DNA from: Candidatus Nomurabacteria bacterium
Lineage (GTDB): Bacteria > Patescibacteriota > Minisyncoccia > Phycocordibacterales > UBA918
Assembly (NCBI GenBank): GCA_020632095.1
Contig: JACKGF010000001.1
Location: 198,549 to 262,548, forward strand
DNA length: 64,000 bases
Direction of reading: 5' to 3'
The notes beneath the pieces are model-generated. The model worked only from the letters and a program-made list of their open reading frames with translations. It searched no databases and was not told where the DNA came from. Of this stretch, positions 42,089-50,702 are shown one piece after another. The position numbers and the translations under genes are program-made. Each line of letters starts with the position of its first letter. The first letter of the stretch is position 1.

Positions 42089-42574
42089 ATGAGCTGGATA
42101 TACGTTTTTGATTTTTTGACTGAAATTGCATTTTTGCTTTTGGTATTTACTCTGGCTTTGTGCTTTGCGATTTTCGTCGGCCGACAAGCCATTATGAACT
42201 TAATATTTGGTCTATATCTGGCCCTATTAATTTCAATTGAATTTCCGTACTACGACACTATTTTCAAAGGTTTGACCAGCGACCATACGCAGGCTGGAGC
42301 CAAACTCGGATTCTTCCTCTTTATTACCACTCTCACCACCACACTCTGCTATCGCGTCATGCCCTCCGAATTTAGAGAAAAACGCTTTGAAAGTATACCC
42401 AAAAAGGCCATCCTGGCTCTGGCGGCTACGATTTTAGTGATGATATTTAGTTTTAATGTCCTGCCGGTCACTGAATTCCTCACCCCTAGTACCCCCATCC
42501 AATCCCTCTTCGCCCCTGAAGCCTACTACTTCTGGTGGCTCCTAGCCCCGTTGGTGGTTTTGTACTTTGTATAA
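42089..42574 (+). CDS. hypothetical polytopic membrane protein
   Basis: Four hydrophobic helices. Confidence 0.5.
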   Translation: MSWIYVFDFLTEIAFLLLVFTLALCFAIFVGRQAIMNLIFGLYLALLISIEFPYYDTIFKGLTSDHTQAGAKLGFFLFITTLTTTLCYRVMPSEFREKRFESIPKKAILALAATILVMIFSFNVLPVTEFLTPSTPIQSLFAPEAYYFWWLLAPLVVLYFV

Positions 42575-42577
42575 AAA

Positions 42578-42627
42578 ACGCGGCCTTTTGGGCCGCGCAC
42601 GGTTGAAATGCAACCGTTCATTTTTTT
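42578..42627. terminator. two consecutive hairpins serving convergent genes
   Basis: cgcggcc-tttt-gggccgcg and acggttg-aaatg-caaccgt followed by a T7 run. Confidence 0.55.
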
Positions 42628-43109
42628 GCTTCTTCTTGAGCTCGCTTATTCAAAAGCTCGGCAATTCGATTATCATACTCGTCCCAGTCGATACCAAATT
42701 TTGCACACATTTCACGCTCTTGCTGTGAGGCGTACTGGTGGCACTTGAAGTATGGACAATCTGGATCATCGCCAGGTTCTGAAGCGTCACCTGGTTTCCG
42801 ACGTGAGTCATACTCCATGTCGAACTCATCGATCATCCGGTTTGTTATTCCGGCCTCCCAACAGAGAGGAATTTCTGACAGCTCGTGAAAAGCGATCAGA
42901 TATTCCATCCGCCAGTCACCCATATCCGATACAAGGATGACAAGTGATCCGAATATGTTGTAGTAATAGTCACCAACGGTATTATACCGTTGTTTTTTGT
43001 GATCAATTACCTTTATTTTGAAATCTGGATGTTTCCGGGTCGAACTATATCGTTCATCCCAGAAATTACTCCAGAAGCCAATCCACAACCCATCAATACT
43101 CTTAAACAT
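42618..43109 (-). CDS. hypothetical protein (163 aa)
   Basis: Intact ORF with no recognised motif. Contains Cys/His pairs (CPYFKCH). Confidence 0.45.
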   Translation of the reverse strand: MFKSIDGLWIGFWSNFWDERYSSTRKHPDFKIKVIDHKKQRYNTVGDYYYNIFGSLVILVSDMGDWRMEYLIAFHELSEIPLCWEAGITNRMIDEFDMEYDSRRKPGDASEPGDDPDCPYFKCHQYASQQEREMCAKFGIDWDEYDNRIAELLNKRAQEEAKK

Positions 43110-43187
43110 TGAGACATCTCCTTGATATCACATTGGTTTATTTAACTATAACATAAATATCACAAAATATCAAGCTATGCACAAAAA

Positions 43188-43655
43188 ATGGTTTTGACTA
43201 CTTTACAAAAAATGTATTCTATGTTACATTTAAAGTACTTATATATGGAATACGCTGATAACAAAACAATGCAGTTTGGCATTCACTATATGCTTGATGG
43301 TTATAAGGCAGACAAAGATGCCTTGGCTGACAAAGCAGGTCTTATAAATATCCTTGAAACTCTGCCAGGCAAGGTTGGTATGCACACTATTTCTACTCCG
43401 GTAGTGGTTGAAGTAGGACCAAACAACAAGAAAGATCCGGGTGGGATTAGCGGTTTTGTTTTGGTGGCGGAAAGCCACATTAGCTTTCATACTTTTCCGG
43501 GCAGAGGCTTTGTTACTATTGATGCCTATACCTGCAACGATACTATAGATAGTGACAAGATAACTCAATATTTTACTGATTTCTTCAAAATTAAAGAATC
43601 TGATGTGAAAGTAATCAAGAGAGGTACTAAATACCCTGTTGAAAATATCCAGTAA
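43188..43655 (+). CDS. speH: S-adenosylmethionine decarboxylase proenzyme (pyruvoyl type, SpeH class)
   Basis: VAESHISFHTFPG is the autoprocessing/cleavage motif ES|HxxxHTxPE. The true start is probably an internal Met (43245 or 43269). Confidence 0.7.
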   Translation: MVLTTLQKMYSMLHLKYLYMEYADNKTMQFGIHYMLDGYKADKDALADKAGLINILETLPGKVGMHTISTPVVVEVGPNNKKDPGGISGFVLVAESHISFHTFPGRGFVTIDAYTCNDTIDSDKITQYFTDFFKIKESDVKVIKRGTKYPVENIQ

Positions 43656-43704
43656 TAACAACTAATTTACTATTAATTACAGAATAGGACTTAATAAATT
43701 ACTC

Positions 43705-45054
43705 ATGAGAAATCTAAGTCAAACTAATTCCAGTAACCCTATGCGGATACTGTTTGTTTCTGGTGAACTAATTGGATCAGCTCTTATTCATCGTTTAATA
43801 AATGAAGGTTGTGAGATCAAACTTTATATAAAACACATTGACCGAGCTTCTTGTTTTGAAGGGATAGTAGAAAAAATTAGTGACTGGGAATCAGAACTAG
43901 ACTGGGTAGGAAAGGAAGGTCTAATTATTTTTGATGACATTATTTTTTCGGGGGCACAAGACAAACTCCGAGCTGATGGATACAGCGTAGTCGGTGGTGA
44001 TTCTAATAGCGACAAACTTGAGCTAGATAGACACCTATTTCAAGAAATTCTTAGAAAACACAATTTACCAATATTACCATCCTATGATTTTGAAACTCCT
44101 GAAGAAACAGAGTCTTTTGTAAAGAAAAATCCCGGACCTTGGGTTTTAAAACAAAATAGCCATATCGGAAGGCTGAATTACGTAGGAGAAAGAAATGACG
44201 GTGAAGACGTTATTAGTATGTTACAGGTCTACAAAGAGCAAGAAATTAAAGAGATACATCTTCAGAAACGTGTCAAGGGAGTAGAAATTGGAATTGCTCG
44301 ATACTTCAATGGCACAGACTGGGTAGGCCCGATTGAAATAAATCTTGAGCACAAACGTCTTTTTAACGGTGACATCGGGCCACTAACCGCCGAAATGGGT
44401 ACGGTTATGTGGTATGACGACAATGAAGAATCGGCTCTTTTTAGTGCGACTTTAAAAAAAATCAAGCCTTGTCTTAAAGAAATAAATTATAAAGGGGATA
44501 TTGATATTAACTGCATAGTTGAAGGTAAGGATATTTGGCCACTTGAAGCAACCACTCGCTTTGGTACACCAGCTATTGCCCTCCAGTGCGAACTACACAC
44601 ATCACCCTGGAGTGAATTTTTAAAAGCGGTTGCTGATGGAGAATCCTACAACTTAAAATACAATAAAGGATATGGGGTGGTTGTTGCTATAGCAGTCCCA
44701 CCGTTCCCATTTGCACCAGCTTTTTTTGGTGACTCAAATTCGAATGTTGAGACATCACAAGGAGTAAGTATTTTCTTTAAAGAAGACTTGTCTGCACAAG
44801 AACAAAAACAAATCCATCTGGAAGAAGTTTCGCGAACAATAGATAAAAATCAAATCGAACGCTACTACCTTTCAGGTAAACATGGTTATGCACTATATGT
44901 AACTGGTCACGGAAAAAACGTGGCAGAAGCTCAGAAATCAGCCTATCGTGTTGTTAGTAAAATTATAATTCCAAGAATGTATTACCGAACCGACATTGGA
45001 GACAAATTTATCAAAACAGAACATCAACAACTTATTGACTGGGGATGGCTTTAA
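43705..45054 (+). CDS. PurD-family ATP-grasp ligase (phosphoribosylamine-glycine ligase-like)
   Basis: EHKRLFNGDIGPLTAEMG resembles the PurD QDHKR..GD.GPNTGGMG motif. EATTRFGTPA resembles EFNCRFGDPE. Confidence 0.6.
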   Translation: MRNLSQTNSSNPMRILFVSGELIGSALIHRLINEGCEIKLYIKHIDRASCFEGIVEKISDWESELDWVGKEGLIIFDDIIFSGAQDKLRADGYSVVGGDSNSDKLELDRHLFQEILRKHNLPILPSYDFETPEETESFVKKNPGPWVLKQNSHIGRLNYVGERNDGEDVISMLQVYKEQEIKEIHLQKRVKGVEIGIARYFNGTDWVGPIEINLEHKRLFNGDIGPLTAEMGTVMWYDDNEESALFSATLKKIKPCLKEINYKGDIDINCIVEGKDIWPLEATTRFGTPAIALQCELHTSPWSEFLKAVADGESYNLKYNKGYGVVVAIAVPPFPFAPAFFGDSNSNVETSQGVSIFFKEDLSAQEQKQIHLEEVSRTIDKNQIERYYLSGKHGYALYVTGHGKNVAEAQKSAYRVVSKIIIPRMYYRTDIGDKFIKTEHQQLIDWGWL

Positions 45055-45088
45055 TATTTTTCAATTTTAACTGATAAACTTAAAAATT

Positions 45089-46024
45089 ATGACTTGGTTT
45101 CTAGTAGCGCTAATTGGTCCGTTGCTTTATGCAATGACCAATCATATAGATAAACATCTTCTAGGAAAATACTTCAAAGAGGGTGGCGTTGGTACTCTGA
45201 TGCTTTTCTCAGCATTATTGTCTGTTTTATTACTACCAGTGGTACTAGTGGGTGAAATAATCGTACACGGACATGCTTCAGTTTTTAGTATTGGTTGGGG
45301 AAACACTCTTGCTTTATGTGTCACAGGACTACTTTATGCCCTTTTAGTATGGAGCTACCTGAAGGCCTTAGAAGAAGCAGAAGCTTCTGTAACGATAGTT
45401 TTTTACCAATTAGTACCTGTTATTGGCTATATCCTCGGTTACTTTATACTCGGAGAAACTCTTTCTCAAATGCAGCTTATTGCGATGGGAATTATCATTT
45501 TTGGTACCAGTATCATAGCTATAGAAATGGATAGTACTGATGGTTTTAAACTCCGTCGTAGAACAGCCATGTATATGACCACCGCTGCTACCTGTTGGGC
45601 TTTAAGTTCTGTCATATTTAAAGCGGTCGCTTTAGAGGAGAATGTTTGGGTATCACTATTCTGGGAGAACGCTATGTTAGTTATAGTTGGTATATTTTTT
45701 TTCATCTTCATTCCAACTTACCGAAAGCATTTTTTATCGGCTCTAAAGAACAACTCGGCTGCCATACTTTCACTTAACGTTACCAACGAGGTTCTATACA
45801 TGACAGGGAATGTAATTGTCTCCTTTGCTTTTTTAATGGCACCTATCTCACTTGTGCTACTTACTGAATCGTTCCAACCAATCTTCGTGCTAGCAATAGG
45901 TGTTTTTTTAACAATATTTTTTCCCGATCTTGGCTCTGAAAAAATTGAAGCAAAACATATGATACAAAAAATTATTGCTATCACTATCACAGGTATAGGA
46001 ACCTACCTACTTCTCTCTGCTTAA
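45089..46024 (+). CDS. EamA/DMT-family transporter
   Basis: Ten hydrophobic helices in two EamA-like halves. Confidence 0.7.
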   Translation: MTWFLVALIGPLLYAMTNHIDKHLLGKYFKEGGVGTLMLFSALLSVLLLPVVLVGEIIVHGHASVFSIGWGNTLALCVTGLLYALLVWSYLKALEEAEASVTIVFYQLVPVIGYILGYFILGETLSQMQLIAMGIIIFGTSIIAIEMDSTDGFKLRRRTAMYMTTAATCWALSSVIFKAVALEENVWVSLFWENAMLVIVGIFFFIFIPTYRKHFLSALKNNSAAILSLNVTNEVLYMTGNVIVSFAFLMAPISLVLLTESFQPIFVLAIGVFLTIFFPDLGSEKIEAKHMIQKIIAITITGIGTYLLLSA

Positions 46025-46098
46025 GATATACACTGTAAACAAAAATGGCTTGCATGTCTCTGCTATACTTTTAACTAAGTGAGCAGAGTTTACATTTT

Positions 46099-46509
46099 AT
46101 GCAACACCTTAGAAAACACATTTTACCATACGTTATTATTCCGCTCTTGATTCTGGCTGTTTCGTCTTCATATTACAAATTTATGGTTTTACACGACACG
46201 ATTGTTTCCTACGAAGGCTATTGTGACGAAACCACAGAAAGTTGTTTCGTAGGTTGTGAAGAAGAGATAAACAACCAAGCAGATTGTCCAGAAGATTCAG
46301 TTTATTATTTTACAGAAATCGAGCGAAAAGCATCCAATTTAATAAAACTTTGTGGGGATAGCATAATTGACTGCGAGACTGCTGATTATTGTCCAGAATC
46401 GGAATTTGACTGTACAGTCACATATTGCGATCCGAAGTTTGATTTAGACGAATTTACTGGAGAAACTCTGTGCGAGTCAACGACTCAAATAAACCAGCTA
46501 AACAATTAG
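46099..46509 (+). CDS. membrane-anchored Cys-rich (14 Cys) acidic protein
   Basis: N-terminal TM, then an extracytoplasmic D/E/C-rich domain. Confidence 0.45.
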   Translation: MQHLRKHILPYVIIPLLILAVSSSYYKFMVLHDTIVSYEGYCDETTESCFVGCEEEINNQADCPEDSVYYFTEIERKASNLIKLCGDSIIDCETADYCPESEFDCTVTYCDPKFDLDEFTGETLCESTTQINQLNN

Positions 46510-46513
46510 TCCT

Positions 46514-48190
46514 ATGAATTGCTATCTGTATCCCGAACCATCACTCTTTTTTTTCACCTATGATTTGCCTGGATTACTGTATTATTCACACATTCCAACC
46601 ACTATAGTTGCTTTGCTGGTAGGTTTTTTCGTGTTCTTAAACGCAAGACACTTACTGCTAAATCGTTTGTTACTTTTAATTGCAGTCTGTTTTTCATCAT
46701 ATACATTTATAAGTTTAATCGCCTGGACAAATGTACACGGAGATTTGATTTTATTTTTATGGCCACTATTCGGTATTTTACAAGCATTTATTTCAATCTT
46801 TAGTATATATTTTATTTATGTCTTTCTAACAAAAGAAGATGTTAAAAATAAAATCAAGTTGGTGTTTATTGCACTCTTAACTCCTGTTCTTTTACTAGCT
46901 CACACTGACTTAAATGTTAGCGGATTTAACATTACCTACTGTGATTCATTTGGTTATGAAGGTGTACCATTCAAGATTTATTATACATCGCTTGGCGTTT
47001 TAGCCATGATTTGGATTTTATGGCTACTAGTTACTCACCACAAAACAGCTGAAAATAATTTCAAGAAACAAATCGTACTGATGGGTACTGGGATTGAATT
47101 TTTCCTTTTTAGTTTTTTTACAACCTCATTTATTTCCACTTATTTAGCTGGGATAGGAGTTCTTCATAACTCAAGTTTGGAGTTTTATGGCATGCTAGGA
47201 ATGATGGTGTTTATGATGTTTATTGGTATTTTAATGGTTCGTTTCAAAACTTTTCATGTTGGAATGGTTTCGTCACAAGCCTTGGCTATCGCTTTAATTG
47301 TGCTAGTAGGTTCACAATTCACATTTGCAGACAATACCACGAGTGTTGTTTTGACCTCAATTACCTTAATTATCGTCGGGGTATTCAGTATTCTCTTAAT
47401 CAGAAGTGTTCGAAAAGAAATTAAACAACGTGAACAAATTGAGCACCTAGCGGGTAGTCTCGAAAAGGCAAATGCTAGACTCAAAGCTTTGGACAAACAA
47501 AAGTCAGAATTCGTCTCAATCGCTTCACACCAACTCCGTAGCCCGATTACTGCCATTCGTGGTTATGCTTCACTATTACTTGAAGGAAGTTACGGTGATA
47601 TGCCAGAAAAAGCTATGGAGCCGTTAGATAGAATTGAAGAATCATCCAAGCTAATGGCTTTGGCGATCGAAGACTATTTGAATGTCTCTAGAATAGAATC
47701 TGGAAACATGAAATACAATCTGTCTGATTTCAATCTTAGAAATGAAGTAGAGCATGTTTGTGATGACCTCCGCGGTGAAGCGCTTAAGCAAGGCCTAGTA
47801 TTATTGTTCCGAACCGACCTAAATAGCGCTGGAGTCGTCAATGCCGATATTGGTAAAACTGTTCAAGCTGTTCAAAACCTAATTCTTAACTCCATCAAAT
47901 ACACCAAGAAAGGGACTATAAAAGTTATTGTCCGTGACATTATTGTCCGAAAAAGAATTTACGTCGACATCATCGACACTGGCATCGGCATGAATCAAGA
48001 AACTCTGAATACAATCTTCCAAAAATTTGAACGGGCAGAGAATGCCAACACAGCCAATGTGCATGGTACCGGACTAGGACTATTCGTTTCTCTTAGCATG
48101 ATTCAAGCTATGGGTGGCACTATCACAGCTCACTCAGAAGGCGATGGTAAGGGTTCTAGATTTACCCTAGAGCTACCACTCGCAATGTAG
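46514..48190 (+). CDS. sensor histidine kinase with multi-TM N-terminal sensor
   Basis: H-box HQLRSPITAIRGY, N/G boxes, and about 7 N-terminal TM helices. No adjacent response regulator. Confidence 0.8.
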   Translation: MNCYLYPEPSLFFFTYDLPGLLYYSHIPTTIVALLVGFFVFLNARHLLLNRLLLLIAVCFSSYTFISLIAWTNVHGDLILFLWPLFGILQAFISIFSIYFIYVFLTKEDVKNKIKLVFIALLTPVLLLAHTDLNVSGFNITYCDSFGYEGVPFKIYYTSLGVLAMIWILWLLVTHHKTAENNFKKQIVLMGTGIEFFLFSFFTTSFISTYLAGIGVLHNSSLEFYGMLGMMVFMMFIGILMVRFKTFHVGMVSSQALAIALIVLVGSQFTFADNTTSVVLTSITLIIVGVFSILLIRSVRKEIKQREQIEHLAGSLEKANARLKALDKQKSEFVSIASHQLRSPITAIRGYASLLLEGSYGDMPEKAMEPLDRIEESSKLMALAIEDYLNVSRIESGNMKYNLSDFNLRNEVEHVCDDLRGEALKQGLVLLFRTDLNSAGVVNADIGKTVQAVQNLILNSIKYTKKGTIKVIVRDIIVRKRIYVDIIDTGIGMNQETLNTIFQKFERAENANTANVHGTGLGLFVSLSMIQAMGGTITAHSEGDGKGSRFTLELPLAM

Positions 48191-48227
48191 TCCCACTGTT
48201 GGCCATTTTATACTGAACGCTACTCTG

Positions 48228-48236
48228 TGGTAATAT
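48228..48236 (+). promoter_or_regulatory. extended -10 TGgTAATAT 6 nt before trpS ATG (leaderless-type)
   Basis: Read directly upstream of trpS. Confidence 0.35.
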
Positions 48237-48242
48237 AAAAGT

Positions 48243-49187
48243 ATGTTTACCGCAAAAAAACGCCTATTAACAGGCCTGCAGCCGTCTGGCGCTCTTCATA
48301 TTGGAAATTACTTTGGTGCCTTAAAACCATTTTTAGACATTTACGAAGATTTCGACAGCTTCCTAATGATTGCTGACTATCACGCTCTCACCACCTTGCG
48401 CGACCCAGAACTACTAAGAAAAAATACGATTGATATTGTGCGTGACTATCTAGCAGTAGGGATTGATCCAGAAAAAGTGGTTGTTTGGAGGCAGTCAGAC
48501 AACCAAGACCATACTGAGCTAGGATGGATTCTTAATTGTATGGTAACAGTACCTTTTCTGATGCAAGCGCATTCATATAAAGATAAAGTAGCCAAAGGAA
48601 TTGAACCAAACGCTGGTTTGTTTACCTACCCGATACTCCAAGCGGCTGATATTGCCTTATATAATGCTGATGTGGTACCAGTTGGTGAAGACCAGCGACA
48701 ACATTTGGAGTACTCTCGCGAAGCAGTCGGGAAATTCAATCGAGCCTACGGTGAGATTCTTAAACCTGCAGCCGAAATGATTTTGGCCGGAGTTGGTGTT
48801 GTGCCGGGAACTGACGGACAAAAGATGAGTAAGAGCTACGGCAATACCATACCATTGTTTGGCACAACGAAAGAAATCGAAAAAGCCGTCATGAGTATTG
48901 TAACAGATTCAACTGGAGACCGCCCCGAGAATGTCTACGCCATTCACCGACTACTGAAATCAGCTGAAGAACTCGAGCCTATTTATGAAGCCAACAAAGG
49001 TCGCTATGGCGATCTGAAGAAAATTCTAGTATCGGATTTAGAAGAATTTATTGCCCCCATGCGCGAAAGGCGAGCCAGCATTACCGATGATGAAGTGGCT
49101 GAAGTCCTAACTGCTGGTGTCAGGAAAGCCAAGGAAGTATCGAGTGTTACTTTGGACAGAGTCAGGAAAGCGATTGGTATTGACTAA
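48243..49187 (+). CDS. trpS: tryptophanyl-tRNA synthetase
   Basis: HIGH motif (GALHIGNY) and KMSKS. Confidence 0.9.
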   Translation: MFTAKKRLLTGLQPSGALHIGNYFGALKPFLDIYEDFDSFLMIADYHALTTLRDPELLRKNTIDIVRDYLAVGIDPEKVVVWRQSDNQDHTELGWILNCMVTVPFLMQAHSYKDKVAKGIEPNAGLFTYPILQAADIALYNADVVPVGEDQRQHLEYSREAVGKFNRAYGEILKPAAEMILAGVGVVPGTDGQKMSKSYGNTIPLFGTTKEIEKAVMSIVTDSTGDRPENVYAIHRLLKSAEELEPIYEANKGRYGDLKKILVSDLEEFIAPMRERRASITDDEVAEVLTAGVRKAKEVSSVTLDRVRKAIGID

Positions 49188-49243
49188 ATCTGAACCTTTA
49201 GTATATTTTGGGTTGTAATGCAATCCAATGAGGAGGTTTCGCC

Positions 49244-49564
49244 ATGAATTTTAAGCTACCTTATAAGTTCTTCCCCAGTAAAAAAAGTAAAAAGATTGAA
49301 AGAATTAAAGGAATAATCACAATCCTTTCCAATAATCTTTATCCCTACCCATATTATGTTGAATATTTAAAACATGGATGTGGCGAAACTGTCCTGAATT
49401 TTCAAGTATCACCAGAAAAGAACGAGGGGCCGAGCGGGGACTTGATTAAGGAGTTTTGTAATCATCTGTCGAACAATATTACTGAATTGATTGGACCTGA
49501 ATCGGCTCTTGTAGAAGTAATCGAAACTGAAACATCTTCATTTAGGATAAGAGTAGTACTTTAG
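49244..49564 (+). CDS. hypothetical protein (106 aa)
   Basis: GGAGG SD. No motif recognised. Confidence 0.45.
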   Translation: MNFKLPYKFFPSKKSKKIERIKGIITILSNNLYPYPYYVEYLKHGCGETVLNFQVSPEKNEGPSGDLIKEFCNHLSNNITELIGPESALVEVIETETSSFRIRVVL

Positions 49565-49570
49565 GAGATT

Positions 49571-50038
49571 ATGATGCTAGCCTTTAAAATGATTGTTTAC
49601 AGACTTAAATTGTGGCTGGTATATACTGCAAAAAGAATCTGTACTCACAAAAAGCTTCCTTCTAAGTTTGACCGTTGTTTAGAGCTAAGAGACGAAAAAC
49701 TTAGCCCCCTCGAAATACTAATGAAGGAAATCAGATTCGTTGCGATTAATGTATATGCTAGGGACATTGAATATCTTTCAGAACTGGGACCAAAAGGTAA
49801 CAAGACCCAGTTCAAGCTAGTCGCAATCGATATCGGCATGGATGACCACGAGAAAGGACATGAATTTGTTAAGCCGTTTCGGAAATACCCACTACTGTGG
49901 CTGGTTCAAGATTTCGTCAATTATCTAACCCGACACTTTAAAGGGTTTCCTGCCCTAAAGAACGCAGTAATTAAAATCATCCCCACATACACAGGTGATG
50001 ATACGGAATCAAAGTTTGTGATTGAGGTCAGCTTTTAA
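49571..50038 (+). CDS. hypothetical protein (155 aa)
   Basis: Follows the previous ORF 6 nt downstream. A terminator follows. Confidence 0.45.
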   Translation: MMLAFKMIVYRLKLWLVYTAKRICTHKKLPSKFDRCLELRDEKLSPLEILMKEIRFVAINVYARDIEYLSELGPKGNKTQFKLVAIDIGMDDHEKGHEFVKPFRKYPLLWLVQDFVNYLTRHFKGFPALKNAVIKIIPTYTGDDTESKFVIEVSF

Positions 50039-50057
50039 TGACCAGAGTCACACAACA

Positions 50058-50089
50058 GGCAGCTTCCTTCGGGAGGCTGTTATTTTTTT
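50058..50089 (+). terminator. rho-independent terminator with UUCG loop
   Basis: cagcttcc-ttcg-ggaggctg followed by ttattttttt. Confidence 0.6.
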
Positions 50090-50099
50090 GATTGACGAA

Positions 50100-50400
50100 A
50101 AGTGTTAAGCGATATAACCTTAGATAAACCGATGAGGTCCTGACAAGACGGAGGTATAAGGAATAGGAAGGTGGATGTGATTTTTCGTCGGAAAATTCAC
50201 ATCCACGAAGTAGGGTGGCACCGCGACCAATGCAAATTGAATCGCCCCTGCAAATGTTAAGTGAGTGAACGAGCGAAGCGACTATCACAAACTTACATCC
50301 CGATTTACTTATAACCTAAAGTAAATTGCTGGATGCAAGCGGTGCCAACCAAAGTCAAATTCGTATCTTGCTTTCACTCCAGACGGAGTGCTTTTTATTT
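50100..50400 (+). promoter_or_regulatory. T-box-like riboswitch leader (candidate Asp/Asn-type) upstream of aspS
   Basis: AAGTAGGGTGGCACCGCG at 50207-50224 matches the T-box consensus AAUUAGGGUGGNACCGCG at 17 of 18 positions. A stem-III-like hairpin (50170-50206) precedes it. CGATGAGG (K-turn-like) and ctGACAag (Asp codon plus A) lie upstream. The complement gcggtgccaacc sits at 50338-50350. An intrinsic terminator, cactcc-agac-ggagtg-cttttt, is at 50375-50397. Confidence 0.45.
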
Positions 50401-50421
50401 AAATATAATAAATTACGAATT

Positions 50422-50697
50422 ATGGAACAACCACCAAAAAAGCCAACATCAAATTCTGAACAAAATCCAGAAAAAATTACTTATCAAACACTCGACGAAA
50501 TAAAGGCATCTATTTTTACTGCAGATAATGGTGGAGCAATAATTGTTGGAGACGAGCTTTTTTACACTACAACAAGCAAAAATACTACTGAACGATTGAG
50601 AGGACTAGAAAATAACGGATTCACAGTAGAAATTACAACCCGACAAGCAGAAGAGGGTGTGCACGACGTTTACGATATAAGAATTACTAAAAACTAA
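50422..50697 (+). CDS. small hypothetical protein (92 aa) between the leader and aspS
   Basis: Starts at MEQPPKK. The track's 50326 start would lie inside the leader RNA. Confidence 0.4.
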   Translation: MEQPPKKPTSNSEQNPEKITYQTLDEIKASIFTADNGGAIIVGDELFYTTTSKNTTERLRGLENNGFTVEITTRQAEEGVHDVYDIRITKN

Positions 50698-50702
50698 CCA
50701 CT

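Noticed and set aside
50100-50420. Possibility that the structured noncoding region is tmRNA, SRP RNA or RNase P RNA
   Set aside because: It has no tRNA-like acceptor/T-arm ends, no tag-peptide reading frame ending in LAA-stop, no GGAAGGAAGCAGC SRP domain-IV motif, and no AGUCCGG RNase P motif. The T-box consensus match explains the region better.
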